Source of the DNA: Amoebidium appalachense
Taxonomy: Eukaryota > Protista > Ichthyosporea
Assembly (NCBI GenBank): GCA_963693365.1
Contig: CAVNZM010000012.1
Span: 8,188,001-8,252,000, forward strand
DNA: 64,000 nucleotides
Direction: 5' to 3'
Shown here: positions 35,059 through 57,410 of the stretch, in pieces
Position numbering within the stretch: the first letter of the stretch is position 1
Layout: each line of letters starts with the position of its first letter
Position numbers and translations under genes: made by a program
Notes under the pieces: model-generated
What the model was told of the DNA's origin: nothing
Database searches by the model: none
What the model saw: the letters and a program-made list of their open reading frames with translations, nothing else

Positions 35059-35125
<67 letters not shown>

Positions 35126-36180
35126 TGTGCATGTAGGTGAGCTGTGATGAGTTGTCGGCACCAAGGCCAACAGTACTTCCACCCAACAAGATATACATGT
35201 AAAAAAAATCGAGGTTACACTTACAACATACAAATCATATGTGGAGATATAACTTATCAGGCATACATCATATGTGGAGATATAATTTTAAAAAAAAAAA
35301 AATTTTCCAAAGTACACCGGCCCTAGCCTACATTCTGACACCGTATTACATTTTTGTCCAGATAATCCATACACTTTTGGAATAGTAGAAATTCGCCAGA
35401 GTTAAGTATGAAATCAAGCACAGTAAAATTCGGTAGGTCTTTCACTGTCTGTGGCATATTGTGTGTGAGCCCGGGTAAATCGGATGTGTATGTCTGGAGG
35501 AATACAGGTTGAGAACAAACCACATTTTTGGGGACATGTTCGTTTAAAATGGTGTGGTGTGTTGTTTGGTGTAGGGCATACATATGTGAAAACTTTGTAT
35601 TTGTTACATCTCCACTGTAAAGCTTTCACACAACAAGAAAACGCCGTCGGCAACTCATATACAAACTGGTCTATTAGAAATTTACCCACACGCTCACTAT
35701 TGTACATATATCTGGGGAGCAATTCCCTACCCTTTGCATAATAATTCACACAAGTACTGTTCTGAACGCTAGTTATACAAGAAACGATCCACTAGTACTA
35801 AACACAGCCTCGGTAAGTGCGAGCTATCATCTGGTCTATCTTCCGCCGGAATAGCACGCCACGTAAAGTACTCCTTCACAATCGATAGGGATTGGTACTC
35901 GGGGAAAAGAGGATGTGTGGATTGGGATTGCAGGGGGGAAGAGAGGGGAAGAGCAGAAGGGGAGAGGACGGGATCAGAAAGAGAAAAAAGAGGAGAGGAC
36001 GGGAATAAAGCTTTGAGGCTAAACAGATCACTATGATGTAAATGAAATTTAAGCGCGAGGGGAGTAAGTCGGGCACGAGCACGCAGCAAACCAAATACAG
36101 ACAAAACAGTAGTAGTAGAAGCTTTACCACAATCTTTACTAAGAAACGACGGGGATATAAGTTTCAAAATTGGCGATATC
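35000..36180 (-). mobile_element. Degenerate non-LTR retrotransposon 3' part, family D (same clade as A/B)
   Basis: Frameshifted ORF pieces with LALKFHLH, LQWRCNKYK...C...HFKRTC..KC and FTVLDFILN, homologous to the A/B C-termini. A related UTR segment (GGCACCAAGGCCAACAG) recurs at ~36960. Boundaries approximate. Confidence 0.75.
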
Positions 36181-36874
36181 TTCGTTATTAAGAAGTGATG
36201 ACGCCACAAGCCCCCTAAAAGCCACCAAAAATGACGTCATAACTGCGTCACTGTTGCTAAAAATAATAACCCACGGTTTATACCTGCCATATATGGTAGT
36301 TCCGCGAAAATATGAAAACTTTACGTTTTCAGACCGTGCTGCTGCACATTGTAATGTGTGACAATAGACATGTGTATGAGAAAAAAGACGACGTGGAAAA
36401 AGCAGTATTTAGGTCTTTATGAGACCCAGCCCTTCAGGGCTGTACAGTATACGGCACGACCGGGTACAGTTCGATCCTAGCTGGCCGTGGCTGAAAAAAA
36501 AAAATTGAATTTTATTTCTTTCAACTCCAAAAATATCCCACAACAGCTCTCGTCGAGATATGTCGATTGCACCAAGACACGTCTAAAGTTTATATGTCGG
36601 TACGTCTAAAGTTTATATGTCGGTATTCGAGAAACATGCTTGCAAAAATCGATGACGTCACAAGCCTCCTAAATGGTCCGAAATTTTCTCAATGAGAAAT
36701 TTTCAACTTTTTTGAAGTATCGAGACGTCAGTTTGTAGCCCTTGATGAGACACATCGAAAAAGCTGTCTTTTACCCGAATGGGATAGACGGCGGGTAAGT
36801 TATTGGATCGCGAAATTTATAGGATCTATTTTTTCGGATGGGTCAATCTACGATGTCCGACACCATATATAAAT

Positions 36875-36910
<36 letters not shown>

Positions 36911-37123
36911 TTGTGCTGTTTATTATCAACATACAGGCTTGAGGTCGTGATAAGATCCCGGCACCAAGGCCAACAGGCACTCCAACCAACGGGTTACATG
37001 ATATTCGGGGATAACGTGCTAACCGAGATATGAGCATACTAAATTTGAAGCCGGGATTTCATGCTAAATTTGCGACACCGAGATATGCTTATAAATCAGC
37101 CCATACAAGCTTCTTATACATCG

Positions 37124-37645
37124 GGACTTCACTTTCACTTCGAAGTCTTAGCTGTCACGACAACTTTTTTCCCCGATTCTTCACCATGGCAGGTATATAA
37201 AGGCTTTCGTTTCTTCTTTTTGTGGTGGGAGGGACTCGGAGTCCCACTCAGGGGAACGTGACTGCAGCGTGTGTGTGGTGTGGCCTGGTGTATTCCTACT
37301 AGTACTGCTGTGAGAGTGTGGGGGCATCTCCCTTTCGCGGAGTTTCTCGCTTAAAAAGTGGTTTCTTCAACGCCTGGTGGTCCACTGCAACCTATGGTAA
37401 CTTCTACACGCTGTCTACGCTTCAACGCGACCCATTGGCGCCATGGGCTGCTGCAACTTCTTCAGCTACTTCGGCGCTGCGTGAGTGGAGGGGCGGCTAC
37501 TTGGTCGTCGGGGAGCTTTCCAAGTGACTGCCAGTCCTTAGCCTCCAGTCGTATGGCAATGACCGGGTTAAACTTTGCTTGCATGCATTCGGTAATTGTG
37601 TTTTTCTGTGTGTCCAGTGCCACAACTAGGCCATCTTATCAGACA
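37124..37645 (+). mobile_element. Element X copy (one monomer + partial body)
   Basis: High similarity to 15770-16250 and 56455-56705. Confidence 0.8.
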
Positions 37646-38250
37646 GTCACACATATGTCCACATGCGCACGGGGCACGCGCGCGGGCGCCATGTAATACA
37701 CTGTGGCACACGTGACACTGTGACACTCACCTTGTCACACACAATTTTAGCCCACACAGACACACACACACACACACACACATGGTGACAAGTGCATGAC
37801 ACACACAAACACACACACGCTCATGTGCACGCCAGCCCTCCCGCACACACACACACACACACATGTGCACACACACACACATGTGCACACACAGACACAC
37901 ACACACACAGACACACACACGTGCACACGTGTGCCGATCGTCATCGGCTGAAAACTTTCTGATATTAAAATCTGTGGGTATGGACAATCGATTGACCTGG
38001 TGCACTAACACGAGGGAGAAAACCAATGGCACATGTACATGTACATGTCCGGGCTGTGTGTGACTCCGTTTTTGAGTTTGTGGAACTGAGAGCGCTTTAA
38101 AAAATTTGCAACGTGGTGGGGTTGCAATGGTAGCCTGGGACATACGGGATTCGGGGGGTTTGGAGGGGTTGGTGGGTGGGGTGAGTGTGTGTGGGTGTGT
38201 GTGTGTGTTTGGGGGGGGGGGGGGGGGGGGGAGTGTGTCTGTGACGTGTC

Positions 38251-38296
<46 letters not shown>

Positions 38297-38388
38297 TGTG
38301 TGCGTGTGCGTGTATGTGTGTGAGTGTGTGTGTGTGTGCGTGTAGTATCATGTTGCCGAACCGTGTGTGTGTGTGTGTGTGTGTCACA

Positions 38389-38427
<39 letters not shown>

Positions 38428-39312
38428 CGTACTGTATGTGTGTGTGCAATTACAAATGTGTGCGCGCGCTCGAGTGTGCGTGTGCGTGCGCATATCCTTG
38501 TGCGTCTGTGTACATTTGTCGACATTGGCTGCCGTGGCCATGGTTGCACGTGACCGATGATTTGCACCCTAGGTCCGAGGCGAATGATCCACTCTAAATT
38601 TAAATGAACTGGTGGTGGCCCAATAATGCAACTTGGTGTTGTCGAGGGGTAAGGGCCGGGAGCGGCAGACTATTTAAACGCGGAAACAGTCGATGGCCCC
38701 GTGATAAGAAGGCTGGGGCGCCGGTAGCTGCAGCCGATTCGGTAAGCAGGGGAATGCCTAGGAGCCGGGAGGGCCTGTGGTACCGTAGCACCGTGACACT
38801 CAGTCCCATGGGAGCGGGGAGATTCCTTTCTAAATCCTAGTTTTCGATCGCGATCGTCTTGATCAATTAACGATTATGATTTTGGCGCCAACTTGAAAAT
38901 CACCGCCCTCAAGCCCCACTTGACGAGTTGTCGCGCTCCTACACAGTCAGTACGATTATCAACATCGACAACACCGTGGCAACACCGTGGCATGAACGAG
39001 CGTTAATGCTAACACTTGATTCAGTCTTTAGTAACGTGCAATAATCAGTATATGCCTGATTGGGCATGCTTGCCCTAAGGCAATAACGCACATTTGTGAA
39101 TCTAAGGCATAACGAAGACAATACTTCCGGTGTACACACCAAAGCAAAAACATAAGATTGAGGTTGTTATTTTATTGCAGCGCCATCACAAGAAAGGAAG
39201 TTTTTCTGAAGTGATAACATCTTTTTTCGAAGCGGCATTATAAGGCATATAGACAGATAATTACACGTAGTACGCAAGGTAGTCCCTGGTTTGCTGGGCG
39301 ACTTTCTGGAAA

Positions 39313-49150
<9,838 letters not shown>

Positions 49151-49164
49151 CACACACACACACA

Positions 49165-49241
<77 letters not shown>

Positions 49242-49425
49242 TGCGCGCACACAGACACACACGCGCGCACACAGAGAGAGAGAGAAATACATCGCATATG
49301 GGGTTGGATACAGGGTAGCACTTTTGGACAGGCAATAGCATGTATGTTTATTCAACGTATGTGCCAACTCACAACCAAGGCAGCTGCATGCACATTCATT
49401 CCCCTACATGTGTCGCGCATACACA

Positions 49426-49549
<124 letters not shown>

Positions 49550-49734
49550 CGAAACGTGCACATACCCCTCGACCTCGTGTATCCACACATATTTTGTGTG
49601 CGCAAATGGTTTATACAGTCTATACTTTGGGAATGTTACACACTGCCCATTCTATCTACACAGAAACGCAACACCAACACACAGACATGCAACCCAAAAG
49701 TTTAATCCCGGCTGGTCCTGGGTTACTTTTTAAA

Positions 49735-49790
49735 AAAACCCCACACCTGAGACTGGTCTTTCTTTGCCTCGAGTAAACAGCGTAAACCCC
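49735..49790 (+). mobile_element. Family B LINE 3'-terminal fragment
   Basis: CCTGAGACTGG...CCTCGAGTAAACAGCGTAAACCCC matches the family B terminus. Confidence 0.85.
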
Positions 49791-50085
49791 CATTCCATGT
49801 ATCCATTCAAGCCCCCAGATAACATGTATATTAAATACCTTTAGGGGTACATGGTTTAAAACCCAATCACTGCCCCCCCCCCCCCCCCCCCCCCCCCTCC
49901 CCCTCCCCCCTTCCCCCGCCCGATCCCTACCTCTCACCCTTCTTGTGTCTCTCCTAGGGTTCGTTTTAAAACCAGCAGCAGAAAGTACTGCTGGTGTTGC
50001 ATATATAATTTTAACTTGATGCCTGTGTACATCTTCCAAGTGATAACTTGATCATCACTAGTCAAGCGGCCTAGTTATGGGCTTC

Positions 50086-50096
50086 GTGTAAACCCC
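50086..50096 (+). mobile_element. 11-bp ultra-truncated family A insertion (GTGTAAACCCC)
   Basis: Exactly the last 11 nt of family A, between 9-bp direct repeats ATGGGCTTC (50077-50085, 50097-50105). Confidence 0.8.
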
Positions 50097-50133
50097 ATGG
50101 GCTTCCCGTGTACGTTAGTTTATATTGATATAG

Positions 50134-50168
<35 letters not shown>

Positions 50169-50190
50169 TTCCGGGCAACAACGACGCATG

Positions 50191-50243
<53 letters not shown>

Positions 50244-51044
50244 TGACCCCACACAACACACATACAGACATACGTGCATACGTCACAGACTAACCTACGT
50301 GCACACACACACACACCATACACGTGTATTCCTTCATCAAACTATAATTGTGTATCATCGTTTTAAAACACCAGCCTCTTGTTGAAGCAATAATAAGTAT
50401 GCCTTTGTGCACGAATAGAAACAACCGAACTAGTAGCTACGTTAATCAGCAAAATAATAAAAACAAGCTACATGCTTTGAGTGTAGTCAAAACCTCTTCT
50501 GAGTTTGTACATACTGCGACAATCCGAGTGCGTGTGCATGCATGCATATATGCATACATGCACGGAGACATCAAGTTAAAGTTTCCGGCCAGCCACAGCT
50601 GAGTTCGGACGAAAGGTCGTATCCTTAGAATAGATTTCTACATTTAATGAATTACACATCAGAGAAAGTCACTCTCGTCATAAAGGCCCAAAGACCGTAT
50701 TATAATTGTCAGCCATGGGCCAGCCATTGTTTTCTGGAACATCGGCCGTCCCACTCTATCAAAGTGCAAGTAAATTCAAAACTTTCGGTAAAATCCACAT
50801 TCACAGTCACTTTCCTCCATACAGAACAAGTATAATATTTTAACGGCCCACACAAAATATGCGACCAACTGCAATTTTGCTATTTGGCAAGATTAAAAAG
50901 CGGTCATACATCCATACATCACGCTGTGGCACACATGCACATTCAACATCGCCTTAGTTCTACAATCAAACATGTCCTTCCAAAGATGTTCAACTTTCCC
51001 AGACATTGTCAAGGAAAACAAAAGGTCGTGCGTCTCCATACATA

Positions 51045-52588
51045 TTAAATAGGCCCAAGTTCGCGGCGTCTGGCCACCCTCCGGCTACGGCGCGCACCAG
51101 CCACCACGTTACTTTCTGCTGCCTCTCTCTCTCCCTGCCCCTCCCCTTGGCTAGGCTCAGTGCGTGCACGCTTGCTTCTCCTCCGCACGCCTTCAATGTC
51201 GCTCATCTTGCGTTTCCGTGTGGGCAGCTCAAGCCCCTCCCCATCATCATCATTCACACTCTCAGCACCAGGTGCCCTTGCCGCACCTTTCTCGTTATTT
51301 GCCTTCTGCTCCTTCTCCTCCATGCTCTTGCGAAGTCTTTCTCTAGCCTCCGTCTCCTCCCTTGCCCGCTGCTCCATGCGCTGCACCCGCCCTGGCTCGA
51401 AATCAGCGTCGTCCGTCTGCATTTCGTAGCGGCACACAGGGCAGGTGTGGCGGGATTCGAGCCATGTGCGCACACAAGGTGGATGGAAGAAGTGGTTACA
51501 GGGGAGAGTGATGACATTGCTACCGATGTCGACTGTTTCCAAGCAGATGCTGCAGTCCTCACACTCGTGGCGCTGTTCCTTCGTAAGTGGTCTCTCTTGC
51601 AAACCCTCGAGGTAGGTGCGGCTGAGACGGGGGGCTTGACGACGGAAATTTGGGGGAAGGATGAAGGCAAAGAAGCGTGAGGGGGAACCTATTGAGAGAG
51701 CAAAGGGTTAGTTAGATCCAGCGGACCGTGCAGTAACACCTTTTGTTTATGTGAAGGGAGAGGAGAAACATATTATAGATTCAAGAGGTAATGATTTGGA
51801 TCAAACCCAGTTGGAAAAGGTGCAGGAGAAGTGGATAGGAAACGCACTAGGATCTCAAATTGAAATGGTTTCAGTTATACAACACCAGAACCGACGCCAC
51901 CCACACACGCCCACTTTATCCCCCCGCCCCCTCCTCTCCCCCCCCCCCCCCCCCCCCCCCCCCGCGCACACACGCACACACGTGGCACAGCCAAAAACAC
52001 ACGTGCCACAATCAGATTTTCTAGTTACCTTTACAGAATACTTGCTACGAGAGTTCTGGCTAATGTCAGCGCTGGCACACCAAAACGCCGCCAAATGCAC
52101 ACTAAATCACAGGTCTGTTCAGCAAACCGTACTACTACCCAGCAACAGCAGCCAAACCAGCACACACACATACACACCATAGTATCACACAGCTGGATAA
52201 ACTACCCTCGGACATGAGGGATACGTTTGCACACAACCACAGAGAAGATCCCAAATGGAAACGGCACTAAAACGAGCCCGCTCACATGCGACCACACAAA
52301 ACCGTGCCACTCCTTACCGTTTGTAGGAACTGCAGTGGTGTAGAAGGTAGCGCCCAGCATGAGACTAGTCAGAGCGTCAAACCCGCCAGTCATGTGCCGT
52401 TCTTCTGGCCCACCAAGAGGAAACTGAAACAGAATAAACGGAGAAAAAGTTCTGCGTCTCGCGCGCTCTACACTATCGTCTTCTTCTTCCCCGTTGTTGC
52501 CCTGGCTTTCGTTGCCCTGATCTGGTTCGTCTTGGTTGAAATCACCTTGTCTACCCACCGAGGGGTCCTCTGCTTGCTGGTGTGCCAT
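51045..52588 (-). CDS. RING-H2 zinc-finger E3 ubiquitin ligase (RNF181/RNF126-like)
   Basis: Exons 52588-52318 and 51688-51045 with a phase-1 intron (gtaagg...ag). Contains CSICLE...LPCNHFFHPPCVRTWL...TCPVCRYEM, followed by a basic NLS-like tail (RKRK, RRRSKRAR). Confidence 0.9.
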
Positions 52589-52955
52589 GTTGCTTGTGTG
52601 GAAGGCAAAAAAAAAAAAAGAGGTCGGAATTCAAAAGAAAGGTGGTGTTGGAAGGAATTCTGCGTGCTCTTACTACAGCCAGAAATCTACTCGTAACGAG
52701 AGCAATAATGTTGGTGTGGCGACTTGACCTTGAATGGCAAAGAACTGAGTCTGGCAGCCTGCAGGACTGACTTCGTCATTCGCTTTTATTGCGCTGCTTT
52801 TTGCTTCGCTCTCTGTAAGCTGGTATAGTGATAGCTCATTGGCTAATTACCTGATATGTCAAATATGGATAGCGCTAGCGCAGTATGATTGGTTGTTGGA
52901 CCCAAAGTGGATTACTTTCGTTTTGGCGCACCACACAAACGGCCTTATCTCTCTT

Positions 52956-53008
<53 letters not shown>

Positions 53009-53166
53009 TTAGGGCTCTCTTTCTCTTTTTCACTATTTCCGAGATTTCATCTGTCTCGTTCTCTCTCTGCCACCCTTCCCCTCCCACTCCCCCTCCCGCT
53101 CTCTCCATTCAAATAACGGTTCTTTCCGAGTCACAGCTGCAGTCTCCCAGTCTCGAGCCCCCCGCC

Positions 53167-53197
<31 letters not shown>

Positions 53198-53263
53198 TTG
53201 TCTCTTGCTTCGGTCGAAAGATCTCGGTAGAGTTTAAGACTCCCCCACCCCTTTCCCCTCACT

Positions 53264-53294
<31 letters not shown>

Positions 53295-53297
53295 CTG

Positions 53298-53428
<131 letters not shown>

Positions 53429-53456
53429 CTCTATCTCTCTTCCCCCGGGCCCCTCC

Positions 53457-53487
<31 letters not shown>

Positions 53488-53837
53488 CTCTCTCCGTCCA
53501 AACTTCTCTCTCTCTCTCCTCCCCTCCCCTCCCCCCAAGAACCCTGTCATCTTTCACGTCACGAACACCTAAATCCAACAAAAACTAGTGTGGCAGTTCC
53601 GAAAAGTATAGCCCCCTCATTTTCCACACACTTTCACTGTACTTGACCAGGTATTTCCGCGGCCTCCTTTCGGATAGGAAGGTAGATGGGGGACCTTGGC
53701 ATCATGCTTCTTGCGGTATCTGGAGTCTTGGAAATACCTGGCCAGGGTTAGTGTGAGAAGTAGATGTTCCCAAGGAACCTCAGCGGATTAAGTTAGAAGG
53801 GAGCCGAAAGAGACAGGGGGGAGAGGTCTAACAGAGA

Positions 53838-53917
<80 letters not shown>

Positions 53918-54131
53918 GGGGGTAGGGGAGGAGGGGGGAGAGGAGAGAGAGAGACAGAGAGAGAGAGAAAGACAGAGGGAGAAGTTCGATAGGTATAGTG
54001 CATTGATCTTCTAGAGCTTGTGTGGTGTGGGTGATGAGTGTACGCTGTGTGTGCGTGCGTACAAGATGTTCACTGTGTGTACAGTGATCAAGGTTGGGTG
54101 GGTGAGTGAGTGCATCAGTTGGGGGGGTATG

Positions 54132-54163
<32 letters not shown>

Positions 54164-54389
54164 TGAGATTCACATAACACAGTGTTTGTCTTGCAAGTGT
54201 GGGTGCATTTTGCGGGCAATCCGCCACTACGTGCATTGTCCACATACAAACAAGTTCGGAACAAGTTCCATCAAATAACCTACATATCCTAATCTTAGGT
54301 TGACACATTATTACACCTATAGATTGTATCTAACCAGCCGGTCCATACCAATAAATATAGAGCTCTTAGAATCTTCTAGGCTGTCTGTG

Positions 54390-55058
54390 CTTTGCCAGCC
54401 ACAACCTCCCTGACTTATATGACACCTTCCTAACTTGGCGTCCACGCGTATCCATAAATGTTACTCTGGCCAGGTAGTTGTCCAGGTGTGCCTTTAACCC
54501 ATTAGCCGAGGCATCCTCCCTCCTTGTCTTTCCTATCTATGTATTCAGCTGCAGCCTCAAGACACCCCGTTTTGGTCTAGCAAAGAAGGTATCTTTGTGT
54601 GTTTGCCCTGTGTGTTTTCTGGAATATGTATGCCCTTTCTGCTTGAAAATTAGCGTGTCTTTCCTCAAAACCCTTGAGTAGTACTTCCCCCTACCCAAGC
54701 TTTTCGCAATCAAAACAGCAGCATCATTCTTCTTCATTTCCGATGCTAAAAGTTGATAATACTGCCTTACGGGAAGGGCACGTATTACCTTCTCCTTTGT
54801 CGTTTCTTTCTTCTTGATGTAATCGTCCAAGCACTTGACCATATGACAATATTGTTCCAGCTTGCTCAAGCCACATGCATTCTCCGCCTTTTCCGCTTCA
54901 GCATCTGTAGCGGTTTTGTCTTCGTTTTGCGTTGTATGCTCACCCAAAATGCGATGTACGGTGTGTGAGGGAAAAGTAGGGCTCAAAGGAGGAAGTTGGT
55001 CACTTGGTTGGTTGTTTTGCACATTCAGAGGGATTAGCGAAGGAGGAGGAAAATTCAC
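54390..55058 (-). pseudogene. Decayed N-terminal/HTH part of an IS630-Tc1-mariner-type transposase (fungal/oomycete-like lineage)
   Basis: Across frameshifts and a stop it reads QYYQLL....AAVLIAKSLGRGKYYSRVLRK...F...GH/IPENTQGKHTKIPSLLD..../L.AHLDNYL....VSYKSGRLWLAK. This resembles the GKH.K..SLL.D and S..TA..WL.KLG motifs of these transposases (recognised by eye). No DDE domain present. Confidence 0.55.
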
Positions 55059-55584
55059 ATCCCCTTGTATAGTTCCTGATGCATAGTACGTACGGGAAAA
55101 TGCGAGGAGCAGGGGAAATCCACCGTGTTCCCTTGCACACTCTCCGATGTTTCGAGTGTTTCATCGTTGATGGTTTGTGAGGGTGTATCAAAAGTAACAG
55201 AGCGAAAAGGAGGTTGATTTTGGGCGTGCGTGGTGCGAATTGAGTCGCTTGGGGCCCACATGAAAGGTTGGGTGTGTGGTGTCGGTGGGTTATCATCAGG
55301 AGAAGCCCACGTCTGGTTAGAGTCTGCCATGGTATCAACTTAGTTACCCGCCCTACAGAAATGCGCTGATCGGTGATTCAAAACAACTTCACTTAAAGCT
55401 TGGTGCCAGAAATACAGGCTGAACCACCAACATAAAAGGAAAGGGACCAAAGGAGTAGGACATGGTCTAGACACTTTCTTCAAAACGTTTTGATATTTAC
55501 ATCACTAGTAGTACTTTCACTTCGATCTCTTAGCTGTCACGTCAACTTTTTTTCCCGATTCTTCTCCATGCATATGGCAGGTAT

Positions 55585-56449
55585 TGTGGTATATTTTTTT
55601 TTTCTTTTGACTGGATTTATTCGACGGAAAGATATGACAAGTATGCACGGCATACTGAGAAGACAATAAAAACTTCACGAGTTATCCAGTAACAAGTGCA
55701 TACTGAGATACCTGAACACTGTGTGAAATTCATATAAATACTCAATGTGACGACCAACAGAATTCAACAAAAAGTCTAAAGTGTTCACATTGCCAGCTAG
55801 GGTAGCAGATACCCGGAGGGAAAGAGGTAAAATGCGACATAGTGGCATATTATACCGGATATCTAGTATGGATGTACACAGGTTGAGATATACGCGCGTG
55901 TGTACATGTATATATACCACTGTGTTTGATCTTAGGTAGGCCAGTATGCATGTCCCCCCCAGTCTTGTGCACATGAGCATGGAATTAGACATATGTGCAC
56001 GTGCAGCTTGCATGATTATTCATGGGAAAACAGATATAATAGTCGCATGGGACCGACACGTAGTTGAGGAACCATGAGCGTTTATGTCATAGTTTTATCA
56101 TGGGAAGTACCCGTGAGGTATGACTGTGGAATGCATCGCTAGTCAAGTACTGTCACCCGATTGGCTCATTTAGTTTATTGGAACCGTGATGCCATGGGAT
56201 TGGAACAGAACCGTGAACCGTATGTGATTGGCTCTCGTAGCCAAAAGGACATACCGATGCACACTGAGCCGCTGTGCGAGCTCCGATATATAAGGGCATG
56301 TCGGGGGCTTCAGAGCTCACTCAGTGTGCTCGTCTTACTAGGTGTAAGTAGGTGTGGACTAGCACGTCACTTAGCAAAGCGTGGTCTAGTCAACCCCGTT
56401 CATTCAAAAATATATTGTTTTGTCACGGACACGCGTTCTTTATACAACA
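55585..56449 (+). mobile_element. Probable solo LTR containing the LINE C fragment
   Basis: Ends TGTGGTATA...TATACAACA; TATATAAG at ~56287. No clean TSD, and host element sequence is deleted at the site. Confidence 0.5.
55595..55907 (-). mobile_element. Non-LTR retrotransposon 3' fragment, family C (A-tailed, ends AATAAATCCAGTCAAAAGA(n))
   Basis: ORF end NTLDFLLN...FHTVFRYL*, short UTR, AATAAA and A-tail. The same sequence recurs on + as tandem pieces at 57115-57346. Confidence 0.75.
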
Positions 56450-57114
56450 GTGTTCCACTGCAACCTATGGTAACTTCTACACGCTGTCTACGCTTCTACG
56501 CGACCTATTGGCGTTGGGCTGCTGCAACTTCTTCAGCTACTTCTGCGCTGCGTGAGTGGAGGGGCGGCTACTTGGTCGTCGGAGAGCTTTCCAAGTGACT
56601 GCCAGTCCTTAGCCTCCAGTCGTATGGCAATGACCGGGTTTGCTTGCATGCATTCTGTAATTGTGTTTTTCTGTGTGTCCTGCCACAACTAGGCCACCTT
56701 ATCAGAGAGCTAGATGCAGTTTCTCCAAGTTATCTAGGGGCCGGGCCCGTTGGGATTGTTTTTTAGCTCAGATTTGGTCTGCGTTGCTCTTTTAGAGGCT
56801 GACTTGCTTGCTGTGCCTCGGTAGGTTTTGAGGGGGGCCTGTTGGGAAGCAGCAGTAATGATGTCATCTTGCGGAGTGTGGTCTGGTCAACATCGATGCA
56901 TATGACTATAGTTGGAGCAAACTAGTTTCACGCATACACGTACACTTAAGGTTTGCCCGCTGGTGTCCTTTGTCACTTGTCGCTTTATTTTTATTTCGTA
57001 GCTTTGGCTTTTTCAGTTCTATTGGTGGTAATGTAGCCTGTGGCTGCACGTTGCCTTCATCAACGGATCAATAAAACCGAGTCAAAAGAAAAAAAAATAC
57101 ATCCTGAAACGATT

Positions 57115-57346
57115 TTTCAGCACAGTGTTCAGGTATCTCAGTATGCACTTGTTACTGGATAACTCGTGAAGTTTTCCATGATTTTCACACAGTGTTCAGG
57201 TATCTCAGTATGCACTTGTTACTGGATAACTCGTGAAGTTTCGAATAAGTCCAGTCAAAAGAAAAACAAGTTTTTATTGTCTTCTCAGTATGCCGTGCAT
57301 ACTTGCATATCTTTCCGTCGAATAAATCCAGTCAAAAGAAAAAAAA
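57115..57346 (+). mobile_element. Tandem 3' fragments of LINE family C
   Basis: Two copies of CACAGTGTTCAGGTATCTCAG...CTCGTGAAG plus tail copies ...GTCAAAAGAAAA, reverse-complementary to 55595-55730. Confidence 0.75.
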
Positions 57347-57410
57347 TTCAGTCCCCAGCCCGCGCAAATGTGACGTGTCGTCAGTCTGGTGTCGTCGAAA
57401 AAATCTATTT

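Larger units (their letters stand above)
55504..57097 (+). mobile_element. Element X copy with nested solo LTR and LINE C
   Basis: Monomer at ~55514-55584; body 56452-57097 with A-tail; probable TSD TACATC at 55498-55503 and 57098-57103. Confidence 0.75.

Noticed and set aside
38600-38840. GC-rich ORFs upstream of Nup54
   Set aside because: No frame gives a recognisable protein or a consistent exon structure.
53636-53753. CACTA-like mini element (CCAGGTATTTCC / GGAAATACCTGG inverted repeat)
   Set aside because: The inverted repeat is real but imperfect, no 3-bp TSD was found, and it is single-copy in the window.
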